Shown piece after piece: positions 26,998-36,899 of a stretch of DNA of 64,000 nucleotides. The DNA is taken from NCBI GenBank assembly GCA_016875535.1, contig VGPF01000002.1:9856-73855 (forward strand). The letters are read 5' to 3'. The position numbers and the translations under genes were made by a program. The notes beneath the pieces were generated by a model. It was not told the DNA's origin and did no database searches. It saw only the letters and a list, made by a program, of their open reading frames with translations. Each line of letters opens with the position of its first letter. Within the stretch, counting starts at the first letter, position 1. This DNA is from Chloroflexota bacterium (lineage in GTDB: Bacteria > Chloroflexota > Dehalococcoidia > SHYB01).

Positions 26998-29607
26998 TTA
27001 CGCCCCGCCCCCCGCCTTCGCCCTCTCCTGCAGCTCGTAGAGCTTTGTGATCGCCTCCAGCGGCGTCATCCCGCTCACGTCCAGCCGCCTCAGCTCCTCG
27101 AGCGTCTTCGATTGCTGCGCGAAGAGCCGCATCTGCACCTGGACCTGCGGCGCCTCCGCCCTCATCCGCCTCGGCCGTCCCGCCTTCTCCGATTCCAGCG
27201 TCGTCAGCACCTCTTGCGCCCGCGCGATCACCGGCTTCGGCATCCCCGCCAGCTGCGCCACATGCACGCCGTAGCTCCGGTCCGCCGCCCCCGGCACGAT
27301 CTTGTGCAGAAAGGCCACCTTCCCACCCTCCTCGGAGACGGCGACGTGATAGTTCTTCACGCGCGGCAGCACCTGCGCCAGCTCCGTCAGCTCATGGTAG
27401 TGCGTCGCGAAGAGCGTCTTCGCCCCCAGGCGCGGGTGGTTGTGGATGAACTCCGCCACCGCCCGCGCGATGGAAAGCCCGTCGTACGTGCTCGTCCCGC
27501 GCCCGATCTCGTCCAGGATGATGAGCGATCGCGGCGTGGCGTTGTTCAAGATATGGGCCGTCTCCACCATCTCCACCATGAACGTGGACTGCCCCGTCGC
27601 CAGGTCGTCCTGCAGGCCAACCCTCGTGAAGACCCGGTCCGCGATCCCCATCCGGACGCTGTCCGCAGGCACGAACGAGCCCATCTGCGCCAGCAGCACG
27701 ATCAGCCCCACCTGGCGCAGATAGGTGGACTTCCCGCCCATGTTCGGCCCGGTGAGGATCACCACCTGGCTCTCTTTGCCTGAAAGCTCCGTGTCGTTCG
27801 GCACGAACTCGCCCAGCGGGATGCTGCGCTCCACGATGGGGTGCCGCCCGTTCACGATCCGCAGCTCGTCGCCCTCCGTCAGCACCGGGCGCGTATAGTT
27901 CCCCCGAGCCGCCGTCTCCGCGAAGGCGGCAAAGACATCTGTCTCCGCCACCGCCGCCGCCGTCCCCAGGATCGCGTCGCCGTACCCGGCCAGCTGCCGT
28001 AGGACTTGCTTGAAGAGCGCCGACTCTATCTCCAGCATCCGCTCCTGCGCGTTCAGGATTAGCGATTCGTACTCCTTCAGCTCAGGCGTGATATACCGCT
28101 CGCCCCCCACCAGCGTCTGCTTCCGCACATAGCTTTCGGGCACCTGGCCCCGGTTGGCGTTGCTCACTTCGATGTAGTAGCCGAAGACCCGGTTGTACCC
28201 CACCTTCAGCGACTTGATGCCCGTCTTCTCCCGCTCCTGCCGCTCCAGGTTCGCCAGGTACGACTTCGCATTCCGCGAAGCCTCCCGCAAATGGTCCAGC
28301 TCTTCGTTGAACCCCGGCTTGATCACATCGCCGTCCGCCACCATAGCCGGCGGCTCCTCCACGATGGCCGCCTTCACCAGGTCAACCGCCTCCTGGCACG
28401 GCCTCAGCCTCGCGCGCAAGCCCTCCACCGCCGTCGGCGGCTCCTGCCCGAAGACCTCCCGCAGCTCCGGCAACAGCTCCAGCCCGCGACGGAGCGCCAC
28501 CGCTTCCCTCGGCGTCGCGATCCCCGCTCGCGCCCGGTTCACCAGCCGCTCCAGGTCAGAGATGCGCCCGACGGTAGCGATGGCCTTCGCCCGGGGCGTC
28601 GCATGCTCCACCAGCCACTGCGCCACATCCAGCCGCTCCTCGATCGCCCGCCGGTCCAAGAGCGGCTGGCTCAGCCACCGGCGCAGAAGCCGCCCGCCCA
28701 TCGCCGTCTTTGTCAGGTCCAGCACGCTCAACAGCGAATGCTGCGCCGCTCCCCATCTGCCGCCCTGCGTCAGCTCCAAGTTCCGGCGCGTCTGCGGGTC
28801 CAGCGCCATATAGGCCGAAGCCGAATAGGTGGAGAGCGCTGTCACCTGCGCCAGAGACGTCTTTTGCATCTCCGTCAGGTACGCCAGGATGCCTCCGGCC
28901 GCCCGCGCCGCCAGGGGCAGGTCGGCGCACCCATAGGCCTCCAGCGTCGTCACGCCGAAGTGCCTCAGCAGCCGCTCCGTGGCGTCTTCCAGGTAAAAGT
29001 CCTGCGCCTCCCTGGCCGTCCGCGTCACTTCGATCTTCAGCTCGGGAATCGTCGTTCCCTTGGGCAGCAGCAGCTCCGCAGGCGTAAGCCGCTCCAGCTC
29101 CGTTGCAAGCTGCTCCAGGGGCAGCTGCGTCACCGCGAACTCGCTGGTGGTGATATCCACGTAGGCCACGCCCGCCAGCCCGCCCTCCACAACCACTGAG
29201 ACCAGGTAGTTGTTCGCCTTCTGCTCCAGCAGATTCGGCTCCACCACCGTCCCCGGCGTCACCACCCGCACCACCTCCCGCTCCACCAGTCCCTTGGACT
29301 CCTCGGGGTCCGTCGTCTGCTCGCAGATCGCCACCTTGTGCCCCTTCGCCAGGAGCCTTCCAAGGTAGTTGTCCAGCGCATGCGCCGGGATGCCCGCCAT
29401 CGGCACCCGCTGCCCCTTCCCCATCTCCCGCCCCGTCAGTGCGATGCTCAGCGCGCTCGCCGCAACCCGCGCGTCGTCGTCGAACGTCTCGTAGAAATCG
29501 CCCAAGCGGAAGAGCAGCAGCACATCGGGAAACTGCCGCTTGATGCGGAGGTATTGCTGGCGCAGTGGCGTGATGGACATTGGGCCTGCCATTGTACCCG
29601 ACCGCAC
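26998..29607 (-). CDS. mutS: DNA mismatch repair protein MutS
   Basis: FYETFDDDA mismatch-binding domain, a Walker A motif (GPNMGGKST) and a C-terminal HTH-like tail. Confidence 0.9.
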   Translation of the reverse strand: MRSGTMAGPMSITPLRQQYLRIKRQFPDVLLLFRLGDFYETFDDDARVAASALSIALTGREMGKGQRVPMAGIPAHALDNYLGRLLAKGHKVAICEQTTDPEESKGLVEREVVRVVTPGTVVEPNLLEQKANNYLVSVVVEGGLAGVAYVDITTSEFAVTQLPLEQLATELERLTPAELLLPKGTTIPELKIEVTRTAREAQDFYLEDATERLLRHFGVTTLEAYGCADLPLAARAAGGILAYLTEMQKTSLAQVTALSTYSASAYMALDPQTRRNLELTQGGRWGAAQHSLLSVLDLTKTAMGGRLLRRWLSQPLLDRRAIEERLDVAQWLVEHATPRAKAIATVGRISDLERLVNRARAGIATPREAVALRRGLELLPELREVFGQEPPTAVEGLRARLRPCQEAVDLVKAAIVEEPPAMVADGDVIKPGFNEELDHLREASRNAKSYLANLERQEREKTGIKSLKVGYNRVFGYYIEVSNANRGQVPESYVRKQTLVGGERYITPELKEYESLILNAQERMLEIESALFKQVLRQLAGYGDAILGTAAAVAETDVFAAFAETAARGNYTRPVLTEGDELRIVNGRHPIVERSIPLGEFVPNDTELSGKESQVVILTGPNMGGKSTYLRQVGLIVLLAQMGSFVPADSVRMGIADRVFTRVGLQDDLATGQSTFMVEMVETAHILNNATPRSLIILDEIGRGTSTYDGLSIARAVAEFIHNHPRLGAKTLFATHYHELTELAQVLPRVKNYHVAVSEEGGKVAFLHKIVPGAADRSYGVHVAQLAGMPKPVIARAQEVLTTLESEKAGRPRRMRAEAPQVQVQMRLFAQQSKTLEELRRLDVSGMTPLEAITKLYELQERAKAGGGA

Positions 29608-29619
29608 AGCCTCTAGCCC

Positions 29620-29710
29620 GGTTCGACTTTGCGTGGATAAACCCTCTTAACTCTTCCCACCTACTAATCTGTGTTCATCTGTGTAATCTGTGGATAAATC
29701 CTCTTCCCCG
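29620..29710. promoter_or_regulatory. mutS upstream region with 15-nt direct repeat and phased ATCTGTG triplet
   Basis: TGGATAAACCCTCTT (29634-29648) and TGGATAAATCCTCTT (29691-29705). ATCTGTG occurs at 29667, 29677 and 29686, spaced 10 and 9 nt apart. Confidence 0.35.
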
Positions 29711-29748
29711 GAACCCTGCTCCTCGCTCCCTGAACCTATCCTCCCCCT

Positions 29749-31113
29749 TCACTTCCTCTCCTCCCTCTTGCTCCAGACCTCCGGCACCTTCGCCCGCCAC
29801 AGGTCGCACCGCACGCATCGCCGCGCCTCCGCGATCGCCTCCTCCTTCGTATACCCCTGCTCCACCAGCGCGAAGCTCCTCTTCCTGGCGCGCAGGTCCA
29901 CGAGCGGCATCGCCACCACCGGCTTCCCCTGCTCCGCCAGATGCGCCGGCATCGTCATCTCGCTCCCCGGCGCGAGCGCGAACGACTCGCTGATATCGCC
30001 ATCTCCCCCCAGGAACTTGTCTATCGCGATGGCCGCCTTTTTCCCTTGCGCCATCGCCTCCACGATGCTGTCCGGCCCGGTCACCGCATCCCCTGCGGCA
30101 AAGAGCCCTCGGCGCGCCGTCATCTGCGTCTCCTTGTCCACGCCGATGCCCCCGCGAGATGTGGTCGTAACTCCCCACTGCTGGGGAATGCCTGTCTCTT
30201 CCCCGGCGGCCACGAGCACAAGCTCCGCCGGAGGCGCATCCTTCAACAGCGTCTTCTCGATGAATCGCACGCCCTCTTCCTCCGCCGCCGCTATCTCGAA
30301 GTCGTAGGCCTGCGCCGCGACTCGCTCCCCCTCGAAGACGATGCGCACATCCTTCCCCCCCAGGCGAACGGCGCACCTCGCGGCGTCCACCGCCACGTTG
30401 TTCCCGCCGATGACCACAACGCGATCGCCCACCCTCGGCGCGCGACCCGCGTTCACCTCTCGGAGGAACTCCGAGGCCGCCCGCGCCTTCTCCAGGCCGG
30501 GGATCGCCTTCGCAACCGTCTGTCCCACCGCGATCAGCGCCGCATCGTACTGCTGCAGCAGCGCCTCCACATCCCTTACCCGCGTGCCCAACCTCACCTC
30601 AACCCGCACCGCAGTGATCCCTTCGATCTCCTTGCGCAGCGCATCGCGCGGCGCCTTGTACTCCGGCAAGCCGTAGCGCAGCTGCCCGCCAAGCTCCGGC
30701 ATCGCTTCATAGAGCGTCACGCTATGCCCGCGCCGGCGCGCCAGATAGTAGGCCGCCGTCAGGCCCGCAGGGCCCCCGCCGATGATGGCGACTCTCTTGC
30801 CCGTCGCCTTCGCAATCTTTCCAACGTTCCTGTCTTCCTGGTCCCCAAGTTCCTTCCCATGCTCATACGCCGCTCGCTTGATGGCATTGATCGCCACCGG
30901 CTGCTCCATGATGCCCCGGCGGCACCACGGCTCGCAGGGGCGGTAGCAGATGAGCCCGCAAGCCACGGGCAAGGGGATGGACTCGCGCACCACGGCCTCC
31001 GCCTCGGCGAACCTCCCCTCCTCCACGTACCCGATGTAGCGCGGCACGTCTATCTCCGCCGGGCAGGCGATCACGCACGGCGCAACGAGTCTCTTGTGCG
31101 CATCTGATGTCAT
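29749..31113 (-). CDS. GltD-family NAD(P)H-dependent oxidoreductase (glutamate synthase small-subunit-like)
   Basis: N-terminal 2x[4Fe-4S] ferredoxin-like Cys clusters, an FAD/NAD(P) Rossmann motif (VAIIGGGPAGLTAA) and a second dinucleotide fold. Confidence 0.8.
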   Translation of the reverse strand: MTSDAHKRLVAPCVIACPAEIDVPRYIGYVEEGRFAEAEAVVRESIPLPVACGLICYRPCEPWCRRGIMEQPVAINAIKRAAYEHGKELGDQEDRNVGKIAKATGKRVAIIGGGPAGLTAAYYLARRRGHSVTLYEAMPELGGQLRYGLPEYKAPRDALRKEIEGITAVRVEVRLGTRVRDVEALLQQYDAALIAVGQTVAKAIPGLEKARAASEFLREVNAGRAPRVGDRVVVIGGNNVAVDAARCAVRLGGKDVRIVFEGERVAAQAYDFEIAAAEEEGVRFIEKTLLKDAPPAELVLVAAGEETGIPQQWGVTTTSRGGIGVDKETQMTARRGLFAAGDAVTGPDSIVEAMAQGKKAAIAIDKFLGGDGDISESFALAPGSEMTMPAHLAEQGKPVVAMPLVDLRARKRSFALVEQGYTKEEAIAEARRCVRCDLWRAKVPEVWSKREERK

Positions 31114-31205
31114 AATAGCCCGTCATCATACCCTGCGGCGGGCGCGAAGCGCATGGTGCCGCCTGTGGTAAAATCTCCCCGATATCTGTCGAGGGGGAAT
31201 GCGCC

Positions 31206-31778
31206 ATGTCGAAAGCAACGATGCTCGGCCCGGTTGAGCTCTATGAACAGGCCGTCCGCAATACCAGAAGGGTCTTCGCCGCCGTCAAGCCCGACCAGTT
31301 GGAGAACGCGACCCCCTGCGAAAAGTGGAACGTCCGCGAGCTGATGCAGCACATCGCCGGCGGCGTCGCCATGACCGCTCACTCCTTCGATGTGAGCCAC
31401 CTCACCAACGCTGAGCATCAGGCCGCCAAGGCCGGCGTTTCCCTCGCCCAGTACGATGCCGCCATGCATCGCGCCCTCGCCGCCGTCTCCAAGCCCGGCG
31501 CCATGGACAAGAGGGTCCGCACTCCCATGGGCGAGATGCCCGGCGGCAACTTCCTCATGGTCCTCTTCATGGACAACCTCACCCACGGCTGGGACCTCGC
31601 CAAGGCCACGGGACAGGACACGAACCTGCCTGCTGACCTGGTGGACGCCTGCTACGAGAACTTCGCCCCCGGCTTCGCCGATCTCTCCAAGTCCGGCGCC
31701 TTCAAGCCCCCCATCTTTGTTTCTCCCACAGCCTCCAAACAGGCCAAGCTCCTCGCCGGCCTCGGCCGCAACCCGTAA
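31206..31778 (+). CDS. DinB/MDMPI-like (TIGR03086-type) protein
   Basis: The N-terminus (ATPCEKWNVRELMQHI) resembles the mycothiol-dependent maleylpyruvate isomerase N-domain / DinB_2 family. Confidence 0.55.
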   Translation: MSKATMLGPVELYEQAVRNTRRVFAAVKPDQLENATPCEKWNVRELMQHIAGGVAMTAHSFDVSHLTNAEHQAAKAGVSLAQYDAAMHRALAAVSKPGAMDKRVRTPMGEMPGGNFLMVLFMDNLTHGWDLAKATGQDTNLPADLVDACYENFAPGFADLSKSGAFKPPIFVSPTASKQAKLLAGLGRNP

Positions 31779-31803
31779 AAAAGGCGGCCACTCGTGGCCG
31801 CCT
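31777..31803 (-). terminator. intrinsic terminator for the nuoEFG-like operon (minus strand)
   Basis: GGCGGCCAC-tcg-GTGGCCGCC hairpin, followed by a U6 run on the minus strand. Confidence 0.6.
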
Positions 31804-31881
31804 ACACTGTTACCTTATCGGAGACTCCGTACCTTCGGAGAGCCTTCCGTAAACTTCCGGGAAGCGAAGGGTCTACAAGCC

Positions 31882-34599
31882 CTACGCCTTCTTGATCTGC
31901 GCCGCGAACCGCTTCGCCTTCGTGAACGGCTGCAGCTTCCCTGGCGTCGCCTTGTTCAGCACATCCGTCACCACTGTGTGGTGCGGCAGGCGCACCAGCG
32001 CCGTCCCCGCCTGCGCGCGGCCGTTCACGTGCGCCTTCGCCTCGATCGTGCCCAGCGTCGCCGCGCTGATCATCACCCTGTCGCCGCTCGCGATGCCCAG
32101 GTGGCGCGCATCGGAGGCGTTCAGCTCCACCCAACTCTCATGCTTCAGCTCAACCGTCCCCGCGACCTCGCGGAAGATGGACAGCATCGCCGTCATGCCC
32201 TGCGCTTGCGCGTGGGCGGGAAGCGCCATCGGCTGGAAGCGCCCAAGCCCGCCGAGAAATCGGTCGGCGTGAAGGATCGGCGTGCCGGGGTCCCCTGCCC
32301 CTCGGCAGGGCCACTGCACCGTCGAGCTCTCCAGGCGCTGGTAGTCCACGCCCGCATAGGTCGGGGCCAGCTTGGAGATCTCCGCCATGATCTCCCCAGG
32401 GTCCGCGTAGTCGAAGCCGCGCGCGCCCAGCTTCCGGGCGACCATTGAAAGGGCCTGCCAGCCCTCTTTCGACTCGCCGACGGGCTTGATCGCCCGCCGG
32501 ACGCGCTGGATGCGGCGCTCAAGGCTCGTATACGTGCCGTCGCGCTCCGCGAAGGAGGCCATCGGCAGGACCACGTTCGCATGTCCCCCCATGCCAGTGA
32601 TGAAGGTGTCTTGCACCGCAAGGAATTCGAGTTTAGATAGCGCCGCGCCCAGTTCGCCATCGGCATTGAGCGCCGTCGAGGCGTTTTCGCTTATCGCCAC
32701 CAAGGCCTTGATCTTCCCCTGGCGGATGCCGTTCAGGATCTGGCGATAGCCCAGGCCCGGCCTGTTCGGGACGCGCTCGCCCCACAGATCCCGCGCCTTC
32801 AGCCACGCGCCCGCCGCCTCGATGTGCAGGCCGCCCGGCAGCATGTCCGGCAGACAGCCCATATCGGCCACGCCCTGGCTGTTGCTTTCGCCCAGCATCG
32901 GATAGAGCCCGGCGCCCCGCTTGCCGATGTTGCCCGTCAGCATCGCCAGGTTAGCCAGCGCCGCGCCCATCTCCGGCGAATCGCCCGCAAGCGCGCCGCC
33001 CAGGATGAAAGCCCCGGGCTTGCGCGAGGAGACCAGCCGGACGACCTGCTCCAGCCGCGCCTTCGCGATGCCCGACGCCTGCTCCGCCGCCTCCAGCGTG
33101 AAGGCCTTAAGCGACTCCTGCAGCTCGGCAAGCTGGAGCGTGCGGTCGGCGATGAACTGCTTGTCCTGGAGCCCTTGGGCCAGGATGGCGTTCACGATCG
33201 CACCCAGGACGGCGACTTCGCTTCCCGGCTTGCAGACCAGCTTCTCCGTGGCCTGGAGGCCGAGCTCCGTATCCCGCGGGTCCAGCACGATGAGGTGCGC
33301 CCCCCTGCGGACGGCCTCCTTCACCTGCTGCGCCGCCACAGGATGTTCGAACGTCAGATCAGCATCAACGACTAAGATGAGTTTGGAATCGCGCAGATCC
33401 CAGATAGGGTTCGTCGCCGCGCTCGTGCCGAAGGCATTCTCGATCCCCGCCAGCGCCTGGCGCGGGAAGAGCGGGTCAACGGAGTCAATGTTGGATGTGC
33501 CGATGACCGCCCGGGCGAACTTCTGCAGGACAAAGTTATCCTCGTTCGTCGCCTTGGGGGAGGCTAGGAAGGCCACTTCATCGGGCTTATAGCGCCGCAA
33601 CTGGGCCGCGATCATCTCGATGGCGCTCTCCCAGGTCGTCTCGCTCAGCTGGCCGCCCTGGCGCACCATCGGCTTCGTCACGCGGTCCTTGCTGTAGACC
33701 CACTTGTAGCCGAACTTGCCCTGGACGCACTCCGCGCCGTGGCTCCCTTCCCCTTCGATATCGTGGGTGACGCGGATGAGCTTCTCTTTCTTCACATTGA
33801 GGTTGAGGGAGCAGCCGACGCTGCAGCTGGAGCAGGCCGAGGTCACATAGTTGTCCGCCGCGCCTGCCCACTTGCTGTCCTTCTCCGTGATGGCGCCCAC
33901 AGGGCAGACATCCACGCAGACGCCGCAGTAGGTGCATCCCGAATCGGCCAGCGTGCCGCCCAGGGAGGAGACGACCACCACATCGTTGCCGCGCTTCTGG
34001 AAGGTGATGGCGTTGGCCCCCTCCACCTCGGCGCAGGCCCGCACGCACTTCCCGCAAACGATGCACAGGTTCATATCGTGGTCAATAAACGGGTTCCGCG
34101 TCTCCAGAGGGATGTTGCGGTACTTATAGGGCAGCGGGACCTCGTTCACCTTCACGTAGTAGACCACGTCCTGCAGCTCGCACCGCTCGTTCTGGGGGCA
34201 GACCACGCAGCGGTCAATGACGCTCACGTTGCGAAGGCAGACGTCCTTGGGGCCGCAGTGCTCCGTGCGCCAGCAGGTGAGGCAGCCGTGGGGGTGGTTC
34301 GCCAGGGTCAGGCCCAGGATATCGCGCCGCACATCCTCGATGGCCGTGGAGTTCGTCTTGATCTCCATCCCCTCCATCACGGAGGTATGGCAGGAGGCGG
34401 GCAGGCCGCGCATGTTGCTCACTTCCACCACGCACATGCGGCAGGCGCCGTAGGGCTTCAAGATGGGATGCCAGCAGAGATAGGGGACGTAGACGCCCGC
34501 ATCCCGCGCGGCCTCGATGATCATCTGGCCCTTCTTGGCCATGACCTCTACGCCGTCTATCTTGATCTTCACCCGGTCGCTTGGGGGCTGCGTCGTCAT
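31882..34599 (-). CDS. nuoG: NuoG-like 75-kDa subunit (2Fe-2S, 4Fe-4S, degenerate molybdopterin domain); not a formate dehydrogenase
   Basis: N-terminal 2Fe-2S and 4Fe-4S Cys clusters plus a MopB domain. The formate-dehydrogenase catalytic CxRxC(U)H motif is replaced by DSVDPLFPRQAL, with no Cys or Sec at that position. Confidence 0.75.
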   Translation of the reverse strand: MTTQPPSDRVKIKIDGVEVMAKKGQMIIEAARDAGVYVPYLCWHPILKPYGACRMCVVEVSNMRGLPASCHTSVMEGMEIKTNSTAIEDVRRDILGLTLANHPHGCLTCWRTEHCGPKDVCLRNVSVIDRCVVCPQNERCELQDVVYYVKVNEVPLPYKYRNIPLETRNPFIDHDMNLCIVCGKCVRACAEVEGANAITFQKRGNDVVVVSSLGGTLADSGCTYCGVCVDVCPVGAITEKDSKWAGAADNYVTSACSSCSVGCSLNLNVKKEKLIRVTHDIEGEGSHGAECVQGKFGYKWVYSKDRVTKPMVRQGGQLSETTWESAIEMIAAQLRRYKPDEVAFLASPKATNEDNFVLQKFARAVIGTSNIDSVDPLFPRQALAGIENAFGTSAATNPIWDLRDSKLILVVDADLTFEHPVAAQQVKEAVRRGAHLIVLDPRDTELGLQATEKLVCKPGSEVAVLGAIVNAILAQGLQDKQFIADRTLQLAELQESLKAFTLEAAEQASGIAKARLEQVVRLVSSRKPGAFILGGALAGDSPEMGAALANLAMLTGNIGKRGAGLYPMLGESNSQGVADMGCLPDMLPGGLHIEAAGAWLKARDLWGERVPNRPGLGYRQILNGIRQGKIKALVAISENASTALNADGELGAALSKLEFLAVQDTFITGMGGHANVVLPMASFAERDGTYTSLERRIQRVRRAIKPVGESKEGWQALSMVARKLGARGFDYADPGEIMAEISKLAPTYAGVDYQRLESSTVQWPCRGAGDPGTPILHADRFLGGLGRFQPMALPAHAQAQGMTAMLSIFREVAGTVELKHESWVELNASDARHLGIASGDRVMISAATLGTIEAKAHVNGRAQAGTALVRLPHHTVVTDVLNKATPGKLQPFTKAKRFAAQIKKA

Positions 34600-34656
34600 A
34601 CGCTTCTCTCTACCACCCCTTCCATCTCAGGGAAGGGGCCGGGGGTTAGGTCGCCG

Positions 34657-36306
34657 TCACTTGGCCGCCGCGTCAAACTCCGCTTTGAAATAGCGATAGC
34701 CCGATTTGATGGGGTTGTCCGCCAGCTGGCCGTGGGCGCACAGCGACGACTTCATCGTGTCGCCGATCACCATGGCCGCCGCCAGCTCCTTCTTGGTCCC
34801 CTTGCGGTGGGCCAGCCGCTCCAGCACATCCGCCACCTGGCGCGTCCCCGTCCGGCACGGGAAGCACTTTCCGCAAGACTCCTCAGCGTTGAACTCCGCC
34901 AGCGTGGCCGTCAGCTCCACCACGGAGACCGTCTCATCCCCGACGATGATGCCGCCGGAGCCGAACATCGCGCCGGCCGCCACCATGCCGTCGAAGTCTA
35001 TCTGCATATCGAGCGCCGAGGCGGGCAGGAAGCCGCCGAGGGGCCCGCCCGTCTGGAGGAACTTCAGCTTTTTGCCGTCCGGCACGCCGCCGCCCACCTG
35101 CTCGATCACCTGGCGCAGGGTGAGGCCGAAGGGCACTTCGTAGAGGCCGGGCCGCGCGATGTGCCCGGAGAGGCAGACCAGCGCCGTCCCCTTGCTCTTG
35201 GCCGTGCCGATGCCCGCGAACCAATCGCCGCCCTTCAGCACGATATCGGGCGCGTAGGAATAGGTCTTCACGTTGTTGATGTTCGTCGGCTTCTGCCAGA
35301 GGCCCGCCGCCGCCGGGAAGGGCGGCTTGTAGCGCGGCATGGCGCGCTTCCCTTCGATGGCCTCCATCAGCGCCGTCTCTTCGCCCGCCACATACGATTC
35401 GCCGGTGAAGGCCAGTTCAATATCGAAGTCGAAGCCGGAGCCGAGAATGTTCTTCCCCAGGAGGCCCAGCTTGTGGCACTCTTCGATGGCGTGCTGGATG
35501 CGCGCGATGGGCAGGTCCCACCCGACGCGGATGAAGACGAAGCCCTTGCCGCCGCCGGCCTTGCAGGCATAGCCGCCCAGGATGATGCCCTCCAGCACGC
35601 GGTGCGGGTCGCTCTCCAGGAGGTGCTTATCGTTGAAGGCGCCGGAATCGCCCTCCTCGCCGTTGCAGAGGAGGTATTTTGGCGAGACGTTGGACGTGGC
35701 CAGGAAGCGCCACTTGGTGCCCGCGGGGAAGGCCGCGCCGCCGCGCCCGCGCAGGTTCGATTTCTCGATCTGCGCCAGGACGTCGTCCGCCTTCATCTGG
35801 GTCAGCGCCTTGTGCAGCGCCGCGTAGCCGCCCCTGGCGATGTAGTGCCAGATATTCGTGGGGTCAATGATGCCGCAGTTCGCCGTCGCCACCCGGTTCT
35901 GGAGTTTGAACTCGGGGCGCTCGAAGAGGCTCTGGAGGCCCGTGCCTTCGAGCTTGCCCAACGCGCCGAAGACCATATCCTGGGGCGTCTGGCCCCCGGC
36001 GATGTAGTCCGCGATGCGGGAGGCGTTCTGCGGCGTGACGTTCCGGAAGAAGATGCGGGGCTGGCCCGGCTTGATCACGCTCACCAGCACCTCGGCATAA
36101 TCGGGGCCAAGGCCGCCGGTGATATGGAAATCGCAGGCGGCGCCCTTGGAGTGGGTGAGCCGCTTCAGCGCCTCCAGCACATGGGGCGCGCCCGCCGCCT
36201 GGCCGTGGATGCCATAGCCGATGAAGACCTGCGGGCGCGTGGGGCTTTCCACGGCCTGCCAGGCCGCGTCCGCCTTCTGCTTCAGCGCCGCGTAGCTCTC
36301 AGCCAT
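34657..36306 (-). CDS. nuoF: NuoF-like 51-kDa NADH-binding subunit with N-terminal thioredoxin-like 2Fe-2S domain
   Basis: GRGGAAFPAGTKW FMN/NADH site, a C-terminal 4Fe-4S site (ESCGKCFPCR) and an extra N-terminal domain as in HoxF/FdsB/HndC. Confidence 0.85.
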   Translation of the reverse strand: MAESYAALKQKADAAWQAVESPTRPQVFIGYGIHGQAAGAPHVLEALKRLTHSKGAACDFHITGGLGPDYAEVLVSVIKPGQPRIFFRNVTPQNASRIADYIAGGQTPQDMVFGALGKLEGTGLQSLFERPEFKLQNRVATANCGIIDPTNIWHYIARGGYAALHKALTQMKADDVLAQIEKSNLRGRGGAAFPAGTKWRFLATSNVSPKYLLCNGEEGDSGAFNDKHLLESDPHRVLEGIILGGYACKAGGGKGFVFIRVGWDLPIARIQHAIEECHKLGLLGKNILGSGFDFDIELAFTGESYVAGEETALMEAIEGKRAMPRYKPPFPAAAGLWQKPTNINNVKTYSYAPDIVLKGGDWFAGIGTAKSKGTALVCLSGHIARPGLYEVPFGLTLRQVIEQVGGGVPDGKKLKFLQTGGPLGGFLPASALDMQIDFDGMVAAGAMFGSGGIIVGDETVSVVELTATLAEFNAEESCGKCFPCRTGTRQVADVLERLAHRKGTKKELAAAMVIGDTMKSSLCAHGQLADNPIKSGYRYFKAEFDAAAK

Positions 36307-36307
36307 C

Positions 36308-36781
36308 CTATGCCCCTGCCTTGCCGTTCTTCATCTTGTCCAGCTGCTCTTTCAGCTTCTCCTTGGTGAGCCGACCCATGAGCCTCCCATCGAACTTGCC
36401 CACGGGGGCCAGGGCGCACGCGCCGCCGCATTCGAGGCCGCGCAGAGTGTAGTGCTTATCGGCCGATGTGGTCCCGAACTTCGTCCCAGCGAACTCCTCG
36501 GCCTGCTTCATGAGGGCCTTGGAGTGGAAGAGCTCGCAGGAGGGGCCCCAGCAGAGCTCGATCTGGTGCTTGCCGGGCGGCTCGAAGCGGAACTGGGTAT
36601 AGAAGGTGGCAACGCCGAAGACATCGTTCACCGAGGCGCCGGTGTATTCGGCGACGGCGGCGATGGACTCCTTCGGCAGGTAGCCCAAGGCCTCTTGCAC
36701 CCAGATGAGCGACGAAAGGACGGTGACCGTCCGGCCGATCCTTTTCTGGCCGTCCAGTATTTCCTTATATTTGGCGTCCAT
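36308..36781 (-). CDS. nuoE: NuoE-like 24-kDa [2Fe-2S] subunit
   Basis: The CWGPSCE...CGGAC cluster motifs fit the thioredoxin-like 2Fe-2S ferredoxin family. The start is ATG at 36781 or GTG at 36847. Confidence 0.75.
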   Translation of the reverse strand: MDAKYKEILDGQKRIGRTVTVLSSLIWVQEALGYLPKESIAAVAEYTGASVNDVFGVATFYTQFRFEPPGKHQIELCWGPSCELFHSKALMKQAEEFAGTKFGTTSADKHYTLRGLECGGACALAPVGKFDGRLMGRLTKEKLKEQLDKMKNGKAGA

Positions 36782-36899
36782 ATCTTTTGAACGGCCTGCC
36801 CGCAAGGGCGATTGTGAACTTTCGCACGAACGCGGGAATGCTAGCACAAACCCCCCGTCCGTTCAAGGAGCGCAAAGGCTGATAATGAAGGGAGGCCTG

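Noticed and set aside
29620-29710. Possible CRISPR repeat or mobile-element terminal repeat (TGGATAAA(C/T)CCTCTT twice)
   Set aside because: There are only two copies 57 nt apart with no spacer array, no cas genes and no transposase. Operator or promoter repeats are a better fit.
31882-34599. Possibility that the 905-aa molybdopterin protein is a selenocysteine formate dehydrogenase served by the nearby selC
   Set aside because: The ORF is uninterrupted, with no in-frame TGA. The position of the FDH catalytic C/U-H motif reads DSVDPLFPRQAL, so it is NuoG-like and not a selenoenzyme.
33739-36369. 876-aa plus-strand ORF, antisense to the nuoF/nuoG-like genes
   Set aside because: It is a shadow ORF. 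The minus-strand genes there have unambiguous FeS and FMN motifs.
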